Part shown: one piece after another, positions 1 to 11,000 of the stretch
Layout of the letters: the number at the start of each line of letters is the position of its first letter
Position numbering within the stretch: the first letter of the stretch is position 1
IMG/VR virus record: IMGVR_UViG_3300028887_000001
Span: 220,088 to 284,087 of that record
Origin: a virus
Taxonomy: Duplodnaviria; Heunggongvirae; Uroviricota; Caudoviricetes
Length of the DNA: 64,000 nt
Strand: one strand, 5' to 3'
Translations under genes and position numbers: made by a program
The notes under the pieces: model-generated
What the model saw: only the letters and a program-made list of their open reading frames with translations
Databases searched by the model: none
Told to the model about the DNA's origin: nothing

Positions 1-1202
1 GGAACATACGGAAGAGAAAGTAACGAATTCTCTGCTGGTTGTACAACCGTAGATGCACTGCTTGGCCTGAAGTATCCAGGCATTAAATTACCAAGATTAT
101 CAACCGTATCACCATTAATAACGAAATCATCCAACGATGATGTTGTTCTTCCACTTGTATCTGGTATATCTATTTGCCTTATGGTTTCACCAGGGTGTTC
201 TCTATAGTAATATTCAGAGTATCTTGTCCAACCACTTGGTGGGGCATAATCAGTATCACTTGTTTTTATCCAAACATCATCGTCATATATACAAGTTTCT
301 CCAGATGTATATGTTATATACGGATTGAAATTGACGGAAAATGGCGAGAAAACACCAAAATCCTCTACTTTTGACTTTATATTAACAGAAACATCGAATT
401 CTGGATACAATAATGACCTGGCTTCATCCGATAAACCCCTGACAGCCTCATTGTCTTCCAGTATATACCCATTAATAATTCCAGTCCACCCACTTAATAT
501 CTGGTACATAACATTTCCACCCATTGACCAATAATCAACACAATCACAGCACGAATCACTTGTTGAACACTCATCCTTCATCTCACTATATAACTCATGC
601 CAAGTGCTGAATTTTCCGTATAGTCTCATTGCGGCTGGATATGTTAGTTTTGATGTTCCAAGATTCATCATTACAACACACCAATCTGAATATAAAGGAT
701 AGTCAGTTCGTATTATTTCAGATTTGCTATAATATACGTCTTCAAGGTCTAATAATACAAAGTAATGATAAGTAAGCCAACGATAGAATTCATCACCACC
801 ATGTGATTGATATATTTCATCCAATTGTTGTGCGTTGGTAATATCAACACCACCATATGTTCTCGTGTAATAATCAACAAGGTTATCGAATTTTCCATGA
901 CAAGAATTGCTATACAGCATCTTCCTGTATTCTAGCATTTCTGTAAACCACCTCTGTAACACAGCATAAGATAAAACCTTACCACCATACTTTTCTCCCA
1001 TATCTTCCGTGAAGTCATCATAGTATTGACGAATAGAATCTTCGTTAATACTAAGTGGCATTTTTCCATACTGTGCCAGATTTATCGCCTCTTCGCTATT
1101 TGGGTTCAAATAATTAACCTCGCCGTTAAATAACGAAGGATAACAAACAGGAAACCTTGTTATATATGGTTCTAATGAAATTTTCTTATTTAATATCTCC
1201 AT
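1..1202 (-). CDS. Putative virion structural (tail/baseplate region) protein, partial; runs off the left edge of the window
   Basis: Not in the ORF track because no stop lies in the window. ATG at 1202 (MEILNKKISLEPY...) and the frame reads open to position 1 by hand translation. Lies directly downstream of the structural operon and contains four SGxT motifs. Confidence 0.7.
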   Translation of the reverse strand, partial: MEILNKKISLEPYITRFPVCYPSLFNGEVNYLNPNSEEAINLAQYGKMPLSINEDSIRQYYDDFTEDMGEKYGGKVLSYAVLQRWFTEMLEYRKMLYSNSCHGKFDNLVDYYTRTYGGVDITNAQQLDEIYQSHGGDEFYRWLTYHYFVLLDLEDVYYSKSEIIRTDYPLYSDWCVVMMNLGTSKLTYPAAMRLYGKFSTWHELYSEMKDECSTSDSCCDCVDYWSMGGNVMYQILSGWTGIINGYILEDNEAVRGLSDEARSLLYPEFDVSVNIKSKVEDFGVFSPFSVNFNPYITYTSGETCIYDDDVWIKTSDTDYAPPSGWTRYSEYYYREHPGETIRQIDIPDTSGRTTSSLDDFVINGDTVDNLGNLMPGYFRPSSASTVVQPAENSLLSLPYV

Positions 1203-1214
1203 CGCTATCTTATT

Positions 1215-4200
1215 CTAAGGTTTTATTTTTAATTCAAATAAATTGAAACTCCAAGTCCTATTCAACATACTATAATTATCAGCGATTGCATTAAGGTAGT
1301 TATTTTCTTCTCCGATTGAATAGATAAACCTTCTCTCGCTTCTTGAATATTCTATTGTAATTGGTACATACAGCCTATCAAACACAGAATCTAGGTCATA
1401 GCCACCAATAAAATCCTTATACACATCTTCATTCCACTCTTCACCAGAAATTGCTGTATATGCAGATACTTCTTGTGAATATTTTGTTGGTATAACCATT
1501 GGAATCTTAACCCCAACACCTGCATGGAAGAATTCTGCTTTCATATAGATTGTTTGCTTTTTGGTTTTATTTGCAAACGCCTTCAATATATAAGCATAAA
1601 ATCCCTCACTTGAGTTTGAACCATGATACCTATCCTCCACTGTAATTCTAGAATCAAGTTTTAGGTTTGATTCACCAACCATTAGGTTATAAAGACTTGT
1701 TTCTCCAGATGTTTGTCCACTTGGTATTTTAAAGCATTCCGTCATAACACCAGGTCCTGCCGTTTGATTAATTGTTATTTTATCCTGGTTGTTATATGAA
1801 TCATTACCAGTTCTATTAGGCTGCCTTGACTGTGCAGCAAACTCATACTGGTATTTTGTGCCGCTCTTATCTGTCTTTTCATATTGTCTGTCTAGAACGT
1901 CAAAATATCTATCACAATCAAAATATAATGTCGATGTACCCAACATATTTTGTTTCTCAGGGTTCTTTGAGTCAAAGAATGTTAACCTCAAGAACGATTT
2001 GCTAAGTTTATCTTTCTTTAGTTTTACATCATCTGTGGTAAACCAAAGGAATCCCAACAAATCTGAGTTTTTTGTTAATTGATAGAAATTATCACCACTA
2101 AACGGGCCAAATGTGTATGTGCTATCATTCTGGTTTGTTGTTCCACCACTTCTTGCGTAATTGTAATATGGATAATAATCGGTTATGAAATAATTGCAGT
2201 ACTGATAATTTGCACCCAAATTCATTGTTGTTGGATTAGTGGTGTCACCACTTCCATTGTAAACACCCTCATCTTCCAATATCTTCCACGTATCAAGGTC
2301 TCTTGTTCTGAAATGAAGATTGAAATCAATCCTATTAACCATATTAACGCTACCACCATTTGAATCAACAAAAAATGGCGTATACATGTCTTTTTCCATA
2401 TCAACAAGCTTGTTGATAGCAATATCTTCCTCTCCTGGATAATAATTTGATATTACGAGGTCTTGATATTCAATCTTGTCACTTACATCATTTGATAATG
2501 TGATTGGCAATGTGAAATATGAACTTCTTTCAAAGAAATTCAAATCAGTTAATATATTTGACACTTCATAGGCAGAAGTCCCACTTCCAGAATAATACAT
2601 TTCATCATATGCCGGCTTTAGCCACGTATCAAAATACAGGTCACTATTACCGAATATGTTGCTTCTTTTCTTAATTATGAAATCATTACCAACAATAGAA
2701 TCTAAAACCTCATACTTCACATCACCACCAGCATAATCGTCATACAGGTATGGATTAACTTCTGGAACACAAAGCAATTTATTGTTTCCAACCGTATCAA
2801 TAACAACAAGCCTATATTCAAGTGGTGTGTTTGTGATAATATAATCGTATGATGCATCTACCTCAGAATCATCGTCCTCTTCATCAGCATAATTAACACC
2901 AGTAACCACTTCCTTATGTCTAACAATGGCCCTATATTGGTCAATTTGGACACCATCATGCTCGTCTACGGTAATTGCAGAACTTGGCGCATAAACCACA
3001 CCACCACCACTATATTGAACGGTGTAGACATATTGCCACTCATCTTCTACATATTCAACCTTTCTTGCTATTTTTGTCTCACCATCACCACTTACCTCAA
3101 AATACATTTTGCTTCCATCGTACATTTCTGTGCTTGCAATGGTAATACCGGATTCGGTATTTGCACTTTCAACTGTAAGCATGAAATCATTCCCACCAAG
3201 ATTGACGCTATCACAAAGATTTGGTATTACATCGAACCTTCTTCCGTTAAAATATGTATAACCAGAACCACCTTCATCATATTTAACAACAACTTCAGCG
3301 GAGTTTTCCATTGATTGAATGATTATCCTATCGCCCAACAGGATTGGTATGTTATTAACTTCTGTTTCTATGCAAATTATACCACTATCTCTTATTTCAG
3401 ATGGTTCAAAGTACATAATATAAGTGGTTCCACTTATATCCATGTAGGCATTGCCATTCTCATCAATATAATTAAGCTTGTTGTAGATGTTAAATTCACC
3501 ATCGACACCAGTATCGATTTCCTCATTTGGTACATAATAAATTGGCTCCTTAACAACAGCAAGTGGTGTGAGTCCAGCCATTTCAGCAGCACTTACGGCT
3601 TCTGTATATGAAGAATATTCTACACCATCAACAACCCAGGAATCATCCTTTGTTATTCCATACCCAATTGTGTCACCAGAATCATTATAAATGTATTCTA
3701 TGTACTTCTTTTCACCTTCATATATAATATAAGGCGCATGACCATAATAATTTATTGAATTGCATTTTATGCTTTCTTCAAAATTATCACCAAAATTGAG
3801 TTTTTCAACAAATGTCGAAGCAGATGTTACATTTGACACATCCCACAAATCACCAAATATATAAGGCTGGCCAATAGAATCGGTAATTGAGACTTGTGAA
3901 TTGTTATTTATCAACACATTATATGTTATGTTATTAACAACAACCTTATTGTCTTCAACATATACCTTATCCATTATTTCAAGTGTTGAAATATCAGTAG
4001 CAGTATATTCAACACTGTTAATCGTGAATACTTTAGTTCCTGTTAATGCGTAATAAGTGTTACCATTGTGTTCTACATAATACATTACCTGTATGCTTTG
4101 CAAGTCATCTCCAACTCTTATTGTTGCGCTTTGTACTTGAAGCGTTACGGGAACCATTATATAGCCATTCCTTTTGACAATATCTCTAGATTTTACCTCA

Positions 4201-4379
4201 GTTGTCATATCTTTTGGAAAATATGGCGACCTGACAATTACACCGCTTTCGGATTGAAGTGAGTTTGTTGCTGGTGTTGTGCCACTAATAAATGTCAAGT
4301 CCGGAGAAATATACACATCATCCAGAAAAATCTGTTTGGTGTTATATGACGTATTTAAACTATACTTATATTTTAACAT
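1215..4379 (-). CDS. Large putative virion structural protein (1054 aa), function unknown
   Basis: Long ORF, beta-rich and acidic. Start overlaps the upstream stop (ATGTTAA). Lies in the baseplate operon. Confidence 0.7.
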   Translation of the reverse strand: MLKYKYSLNTSYNTKQIFLDDVYISPDLTFISGTTPATNSLQSESGVIVRSPYFPKDMTTEVKSRDIVKRNGYIMVPVTLQVQSATIRVGDDLQSIQVMYYVEHNGNTYYALTGTKVFTINSVEYTATDISTLEIMDKVYVEDNKVVVNNITYNVLINNNSQVSITDSIGQPYIFGDLWDVSNVTSASTFVEKLNFGDNFEESIKCNSINYYGHAPYIIYEGEKKYIEYIYNDSGDTIGYGITKDDSWVVDGVEYSSYTEAVSAAEMAGLTPLAVVKEPIYYVPNEEIDTGVDGEFNIYNKLNYIDENGNAYMDISGTTYIMYFEPSEIRDSGIICIETEVNNIPILLGDRIIIQSMENSAEVVVKYDEGGSGYTYFNGRRFDVIPNLCDSVNLGGNDFMLTVESANTESGITIASTEMYDGSKMYFEVSGDGETKIARKVEYVEDEWQYVYTVQYSGGGVVYAPSSAITVDEHDGVQIDQYRAIVRHKEVVTGVNYADEEDDDSEVDASYDYIITNTPLEYRLVVIDTVGNNKLLCVPEVNPYLYDDYAGGDVKYEVLDSIVGNDFIIKKRSNIFGNSDLYFDTWLKPAYDEMYYSGSGTSAYEVSNILTDLNFFERSSYFTLPITLSNDVSDKIEYQDLVISNYYPGEEDIAINKLVDMEKDMYTPFFVDSNGGSVNMVNRIDFNLHFRTRDLDTWKILEDEGVYNGSGDTTNPTTMNLGANYQYCNYFITDYYPYYNYARSGGTTNQNDSTYTFGPFSGDNFYQLTKNSDLLGFLWFTTDDVKLKKDKLSKSFLRLTFFDSKNPEKQNMLGTSTLYFDCDRYFDVLDRQYEKTDKSGTKYQYEFAAQSRQPNRTGNDSYNNQDKITINQTAGPGVMTECFKIPSGQTSGETSLYNLMVGESNLKLDSRITVEDRYHGSNSSEGFYAYILKAFANKTKKQTIYMKAEFFHAGVGVKIPMVIPTKYSQEVSAYTAISGEEWNEDVYKDFIGGYDLDSVFDRLYVPITIEYSRSERRFIYSIGEENNYLNAIADNYSMLNRTWSFNLFELKIKP

Positions 4380-7300
4380 TTTATGTAATCTTCTCTAAAT
4401 GTATCGTCAAAAATGGCTTCATCTTCGTATGGGTTCTTCTCACCCATTAGAACATCCACCCCATAATAAATAGCCCTATTTGATAAACCATAGAAACCAA
4501 ATGGGTCTTGTCTTCTCAAAAATATGTTAATATTCCTATTGATATAAAGACACCCATTTGTGAATGGATATTCTGTAACCACACCCTCAACATCTTCAAA
4601 ACCGTTTTGAACCAATTCTCTCCACCTCAATATACCACTATTCTTTGGTATCATTTCAGCATAACCTGGAATGGTTTCTGGCTTGCTGTAAACGTAATAA
4701 CTATCACTTCCACCTGATATTATTGCATTAACAGAAACGCCATGTGGGGCCAACCTTAATACGTTAACATCAAGGACATTAATAATATCACACTTATAAT
4801 GTTCGTTTGTCTTCCTATTATACAGCCACGGCCTCGCATTCATATCATAATACGTCTCCTTTGATGTTGTAACAATAATTGTTTCTGGTGCATCTTCTGA
4901 TGCTTGCATGCTACCAAAGTCTATTACTTTAATCATGTCTGGAACAAACTCCGTAACATTTTCAGAGAATGTTCTTATTGGGATTTCATAGTTTTGATGA
5001 TAATATACACCTTCTGGGTGCTTTGTCGGTTCGTTATCGTAAACCAGTGTCGATGAGTTTGAGAAATCGTTTACATATGTGTATTTAACAGAAATTGGTT
5101 GATTGTTTTCGTCAATCTTAAATTTATTTGTGTATAAATTAATTTTTCTACCACCAATTTCACGCTGCACACTGTTAAATCTATTACAACAATCCTGAAT
5201 TACGGTTTCCAAACACTCGGACGGAGAATAGCAACAGAAATCACCATAGAAATACTTTTGTGACCTGAAATCGATTTCATCAAAATCTGTATTCTGATAT
5301 TCGTAGCTTGATGGGTTATATTTGCTTCTTCCTCCACCAAGCCAATCCTCGTTTAAGCCACGAACGAATGAGTTGTTATCAACATCGTTCATAAAATGAA
5401 TGTTGCCAAAGCCATCATCCTCACCCAATCCAATTGGTGTGTAACCGAGTTGTATGTATGGAGAATACTCAAATCCGCATTTTAATGCACCAAAACACCT
5501 TGACCATTCAACGTTTTCATTTTTGTAGTCTGGTATTTCGTTGTCGCTTCTCTTATAATACCATTCCTTATAGCCATAATTCGTCTTGAAGAACGATAAA
5601 TAAAGAGAAGTCAACGGCCTTCCAAGATTGTCTCTTATCGCATATATGTCTATATCGTCATTATATACAATCTGACACATATCGTCACCATAAACATTTT
5701 TGGCGAAACCTATTCTAGATACTGTGCTTTGTTTTTCGTACTCAGACTTTGAGTATTCATCAATTGGCCTTTCTCCTGTATTTCCTGAGTATATGTCGTC
5801 CTCGCTAACAGCCTTGTCATAGAAATCAAAATTTGGGAACCTTGAAAATACCCTTACATAATACTTACACTGAATTCCATCAACGGTTTTTGCAAATGAC
5901 AGATTCTTGGAACCAAGATTTGATAATACACCATCATCAATTACAACATAGTTATTTTCTATGGTGTCTTTTATGGTCGTATGACCACCGTCTGGACTGT
6001 ATTCTGAATTTAAATTGTATACCTCATTAACAGTTTCGTTATTAAAATACTGTTCAAGTCTTCTTTTTAGTACTTCCTTAGAATCAATCTCTATTAATTC
6101 GTATTCAACATCGTTTACATTATCTATAATTGTTTGTCTGTAATCTTCGTCTTGTGTTTCGTCTTCGTACCACGCCCTAATAGCATTGTATAATTCACCA
6201 AAGCTTTCGGCACCAAGTTCATAGTATTTATCAAATGCGCCATAATAATCATATGCGCTTATTGAATTTAAAAATAGGGTGTTTGCACTATCTTCATTAA
6301 AACTACTCCCACACTTATCCAAATATATAAATGCTAACTGTGTTAAAAACGATTCATAATCGCCATACTTCTCGTCGTTAGTTCTATAAACAACGGGTTC
6401 TATATAAAAAACAAGGTTTTCACCAGGCCTTGTTGAATACATTGCAGCAAGTGGCAAATCTAATTCATCAATAGCATTAAGTGTTGTCGTCAAACAACTT
6501 TCGTCCGGTATCCAATTACCATTTTCATCCTTTGTTGCATAAATTTCACATGAAGCGCTTAATGAGTTGAATGCCTCCTTAACCTCATCAACCGAAGAAC
6601 CGCCACCCTGCAAATTATTCATAAACCAATCAGCAAACCTTGAGAACGGGAAATACTTTTTGCCCCTATTTCCAGCAACCCTTTCATAATCCAAGTTAAG
6701 AAAATCGTTTATTGCAAATACTGTATAAAACCTAATATCACCTTCTGGATAATTTTTCCAGTTATCAGTCACAGCATCATAATACCAGCCATTCTGGGTT
6801 GTCATATTCACCTCAACTCTGTATTCGTTTTCACCAACATGCAAGACATTATATTCTTCGAGTGCATTCTTATCAAAAACACTAACCCAATTCTTGCAAA
6901 TATAATCATTTGTTATTATGGTGAAAACATAGTCATCAATAACTGAGTCAACAACAACATCACCAACAACAAGCTCATCAAACATACCATCTTCACTTGA
7001 ACGATAAACATTAATCGTATCATCAACATTCAAACCATGCTTAGAAATTGAATAAACAACACACTTATGTATTCCATCATCACTCTCTTCCGTTTCATCG
7101 ATGAATGCTATTCTTAATGTGTCAAGTTTTGGGTTTATAAACGGTATATGCTCAGTTGTTGAACTGTATGGATAAGTCAAACAGCATTCCCAATTCTTCT
7201 CATAACGGTTCTTGCTTTCATTGTAATGTGGTAACAATGAATACCTGTCTCTTCCTGGAAACAAATCAATAAATCTGTTTGCGAACTGGTTGTTCAAAAC

Positions 7301-8035
7301 CCTATCGGTGCCATAATAATTTTCTCCGCTCAGTCCATTAACAAGCATTTGTGATTTATTCAAAAAACCTAACCACCCACCGTTTTCTTTTAGATTAACA
7401 TTAATTGAATCAAGAAATGAATAGGTATTCTCTCTTGTATATCTTTTTGTATACTGAATTCCGGTACCGTTAATCATGTATTGTTTATTTGTTGAGAAAC
7501 CATACACGCTTGTTAGTGTTTCATCTATTGTATTAAAATTTTCACCATACTGCTGACCCTTATTAAAATATGAAGCACATTTCGACCTTGACCTTAAAAT
7601 GTGATTATTAAATATGTCTATTCCGCACAAATATGTGTAGTTTTTGTCATCCTTTCCATCCCAGGTTATCTGTGTGTCCATAACAGCGTCTGTTATGCTG
7701 TTTCCCCACGTATATCCTGATGACTTCCCAACAGTACTGTTGATTGTTGTTGGTTGATAATTCAAACACCTACACTTGTTGCTACCCTCATCTTTTACAA
7801 TCTCTGTTATCGAGTTGAAGGCAATGTTTGTTGCAATTAAATTAACATCAGCACTTAATCTTATTTTTGTGCAATTTTCCCTTTCATCAAGGTAAACATT
7901 ATATTCATTGATGACGTCATTAAACGCATCATCAACTATGATGTCCTTTCTGCCAGATAAATTTACAACCATCGTTGTGTTCGACTTTCCAGCATCAACA
8001 TTCCTTGCTTGATTTAAAAGAAGTTTTTCTTGCAT
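4373..8035 (-). CDS. Large putative virion structural protein (1220 aa), function unknown
   Basis: Long ORF co-oriented and tightly packed within the baseplate operon. Confidence 0.7.
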   Translation of the reverse strand: MQEKLLLNQARNVDAGKSNTTMVVNLSGRKDIIVDDAFNDVINEYNVYLDERENCTKIRLSADVNLIATNIAFNSITEIVKDEGSNKCRCLNYQPTTINSTVGKSSGYTWGNSITDAVMDTQITWDGKDDKNYTYLCGIDIFNNHILRSRSKCASYFNKGQQYGENFNTIDETLTSVYGFSTNKQYMINGTGIQYTKRYTRENTYSFLDSINVNLKENGGWLGFLNKSQMLVNGLSGENYYGTDRVLNNQFANRFIDLFPGRDRYSLLPHYNESKNRYEKNWECCLTYPYSSTTEHIPFINPKLDTLRIAFIDETEESDDGIHKCVVYSISKHGLNVDDTINVYRSSEDGMFDELVVGDVVVDSVIDDYVFTIITNDYICKNWVSVFDKNALEEYNVLHVGENEYRVEVNMTTQNGWYYDAVTDNWKNYPEGDIRFYTVFAINDFLNLDYERVAGNRGKKYFPFSRFADWFMNNLQGGGSSVDEVKEAFNSLSASCEIYATKDENGNWIPDESCLTTTLNAIDELDLPLAAMYSTRPGENLVFYIEPVVYRTNDEKYGDYESFLTQLAFIYLDKCGSSFNEDSANTLFLNSISAYDYYGAFDKYYELGAESFGELYNAIRAWYEDETQDEDYRQTIIDNVNDVEYELIEIDSKEVLKRRLEQYFNNETVNEVYNLNSEYSPDGGHTTIKDTIENNYVVIDDGVLSNLGSKNLSFAKTVDGIQCKYYVRVFSRFPNFDFYDKAVSEDDIYSGNTGERPIDEYSKSEYEKQSTVSRIGFAKNVYGDDMCQIVYNDDIDIYAIRDNLGRPLTSLYLSFFKTNYGYKEWYYKRSDNEIPDYKNENVEWSRCFGALKCGFEYSPYIQLGYTPIGLGEDDGFGNIHFMNDVDNNSFVRGLNEDWLGGGRSKYNPSSYEYQNTDFDEIDFRSQKYFYGDFCCYSPSECLETVIQDCCNRFNSVQREIGGRKINLYTNKFKIDENNQPISVKYTYVNDFSNSSTLVYDNEPTKHPEGVYYHQNYEIPIRTFSENVTEFVPDMIKVIDFGSMQASEDAPETIIVTTSKETYYDMNARPWLYNRKTNEHYKCDIINVLDVNVLRLAPHGVSVNAIISGGSDSYYVYSKPETIPGYAEMIPKNSGILRWRELVQNGFEDVEGVVTEYPFTNGCLYINRNINIFLRRQDPFGFYGLSNRAIYYGVDVLMGEKNPYEDEAIFDDTFREDYIKC

Positions 8036-8054
8036 TGCGTTTTCATGTTAAACA

Positions 8055-11000
8055 CTAAATATCTTGGTCTTCAAAGTATATTTTCATTCTATACCTCAAG
8101 CCATTCTTAATTGAGAAATAAACCGTTGTTTCGGTAATTTCATTGTTGTTTCTTCTAACATTGAACTCCATTCTAGATGGTTTATAATTTACGGTTATCC
8201 CATTCTCAGAGTTAGTCCAATATAACTCATCCAGTTCACCAAACGTGTGCCAATTATAACTATGAAATTCATGCGCCTTTAATGAATTTGTTTGGTAGTT
8301 TATTGTTTCACCAGAACTCCTAAGCGGTGTGTTAACCCTTATACACATGCTTGTCCTGTCAACATTAAGAATCGCGTACATGGAACCTGTATAATATGTA
8401 CATCCACGATTGTAAATAACACCCTGTTTTAGCTGTGTGTTTGCCGCATTTATCTTATAAATCTTTCTAGTTGGTATAATTAAGAATGAATTGGATGGCA
8501 AATCTTCCCATTCTTCTCCAACACGCCCAACTGGTTGGAATTTAAAATCATGTGAAGAGTCTGACAACTCAATATCTGGCATTGGATAAAAAATCATTTC
8601 ATCCCCGCCATCAACACCATAAGGACAAACAAATTGTGTTCTATCATAGTTTATCGCATCACTCATCTTAAATGAATATGAGTATACAACACTATATCCA
8701 GTACTGTTCGGAACGCAAACATATGCAGCAAATTCTGCTTTTTTCGAAACATTGGATATGTCACCGTTAGAATACTCTGCCCATGATGGGTATATTCCAT
8801 CGTTATAATCGTCAGTTCGTACATCTGTGTATCTTTCCCCACCCCACTCATTGTCGTCCTGAATATTAACAGCTAAATATGTTCCAGCAAAAGACGCACA
8901 AATTGTTGTGAACGCGCTTGTGGATGCAGACGTTGTTGCTGATTCTGCGCAAGCCCCAATATTACTGAACTCATAACCAACATCATATTTTGCCAAATCA
9001 ATACTCCTAATTACCTTAACGCCAGGTTCATACGAAATAGATAGGTTTTCATTATTTCCTCCTATAACGAACCCATTAGAGAATGCCGTGCTACAATCCG
9101 TAAAGCTTGCATTAAACGATGCATCACCATCGGCCAAATCACTAATTGAATATTTAACGTGGTCAATGTCTGATGGCATTGTATATAATGGTATGAATTC
9201 ATCGTAATATTGGCCATAATCGGTAATCATGTCCCAAATATTGATGTCGTTTTCTGTTATTTTATTTTCGGAAACTTCAAACGTGCCATCAGAACCTTCT
9301 TCATAGAATGACACATCAAATAACTTCGCGCCATCACCCCTGCCTTCAACCGTTTCAAGGCGCTGTGGCCCACCAGTAATCAGTTGGCCACCGCCATTTT
9401 CGTAAACAAAGCTTCTCTTGTCTTTTTCTGGCATAGCGTTGAATTTCATCAGAGTCCAATCACCACCATTTAGGTATATCCACCACTTCTTCAAACCATC
9501 AATTACCTCATTCGCATCACCAGCATTCTGACTAATCAAGTAACTTATGTTATTATATATCCCATCAACATCCTTGGACGCTAACCATGCCTGTTTTTTA
9601 TCGCTTGACCAACCTTTGAACACGGCCCAGTTTCCACCATATTTTTCAACAAGAGACCTGTGCAACGCCTCTCCACACTTTTCTTTGTTTTCACTAGAAA
9701 GAGTGGTGATTTGATAAAATTCATCTATCATTGCATTGGCCCATGAATCCGCAAACGAATCATCTGACACGTTTATTCCTGACATCTTGTTATTTAACCA
9801 ATAGTAACGAGCATCTTCTTTTGTTGCTGAATTAAATTCCCTTATTAATGAACTAACAACAATACCACTGATTTCACTATTATTCCAATTATCACTGGCA
9901 TAAGCCACCCTCTCACTAACGCTTCCCTCTGAGTGGAAATAAATCCACCACATTTTATCGTTCCATGCTTCATAGCCAACCACATTGGTATAAATAGTAG
10001 TGCCAGAATCAGAATAATTATTAAATATATTTTCATACCAACTTTTTGCACATTCTCTGACATAAGATTCTTTCTCCTGACTCTTTATCAACCCACTATA
10101 CTCATCAAACGCCTCTTCACCAACAACTGTTTTTATCCAAGTCTTTTTATCCGAATCATTCAGTACACTGAATGATTCCCAATCTCCATCTAGTTTGTTA
10201 ATAAAGTTTGCTTTTAAATCATCATTACTAAGACCACTGTAAGCATAGTATTCAACATCACCACAAACATCAATAAACCAATATTTCCTTGCATCCTTAT
10301 ATGTTAATGCATAATATTCAGCATTAATGGCCTCTTTAGCGTTTTTGCGTATGTATTCATCCTTAATGGTTTGTGTGGTTAATGTCATTGCCGAATATTG
10401 GTCACACAAACCATACTCATTAAGCAACGTTTCTTTTTGTTGTTCCGTTTCACACTCATAAAACGCAGCTTCATTTACGTTGTTTTCAGACAAGAAATAT
10501 TTTGTTGCGTCATCTATATCCCATTCTTCGAACTCTTTTATAGCATTTGTTCCACCAATTTTTCTAATCCACCTTTCTTCTTGTTCATCATCAAAGCCGA
10601 AGAAACCAATTTCAGTCCTTTGTGCATATAATTCTCTTAGATATGCCTCTTTCTCTTCTTGGCTTAATATTTCATATATAGTTCTAGCCCACTCAAAACA
10701 CTTTTTCCAAACAAATAAATAACGACTTCCAGTTACATTATCATATTCATCATCTATTTTTGCGATTGCTTCGTTTTTAACCCAATCTTCTTTTGCTTTT
10801 TGAATGGAAAGACTATATTCGGCAGTTGCCCACTCGACACATCCACTGTTTTCACTAAGAGTTGTTGCACTAACGCCACTTATTGTGCTTCCACTCAGCC
10901 AATTGTCTTCGGTCTGTAAACCATCATGTGTTAAATATGTATTTTTACCAGTCCTTAAAGCATAAAATGCATTATTAGCCCAATCGGTATACAAATCTAT

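Noticed and set aside
1203-1217. TAG stop in frame with the next gene (also at 63020), suggesting TAG recoding as in code-15 gut phages
   Set aside because: All conserved genes, including 3499-aa and 2149-aa ORFs, are intact under the standard code. TAG ends the MCP and terminase genes just before terminators. In-frame junctions occur one time in three by chance.
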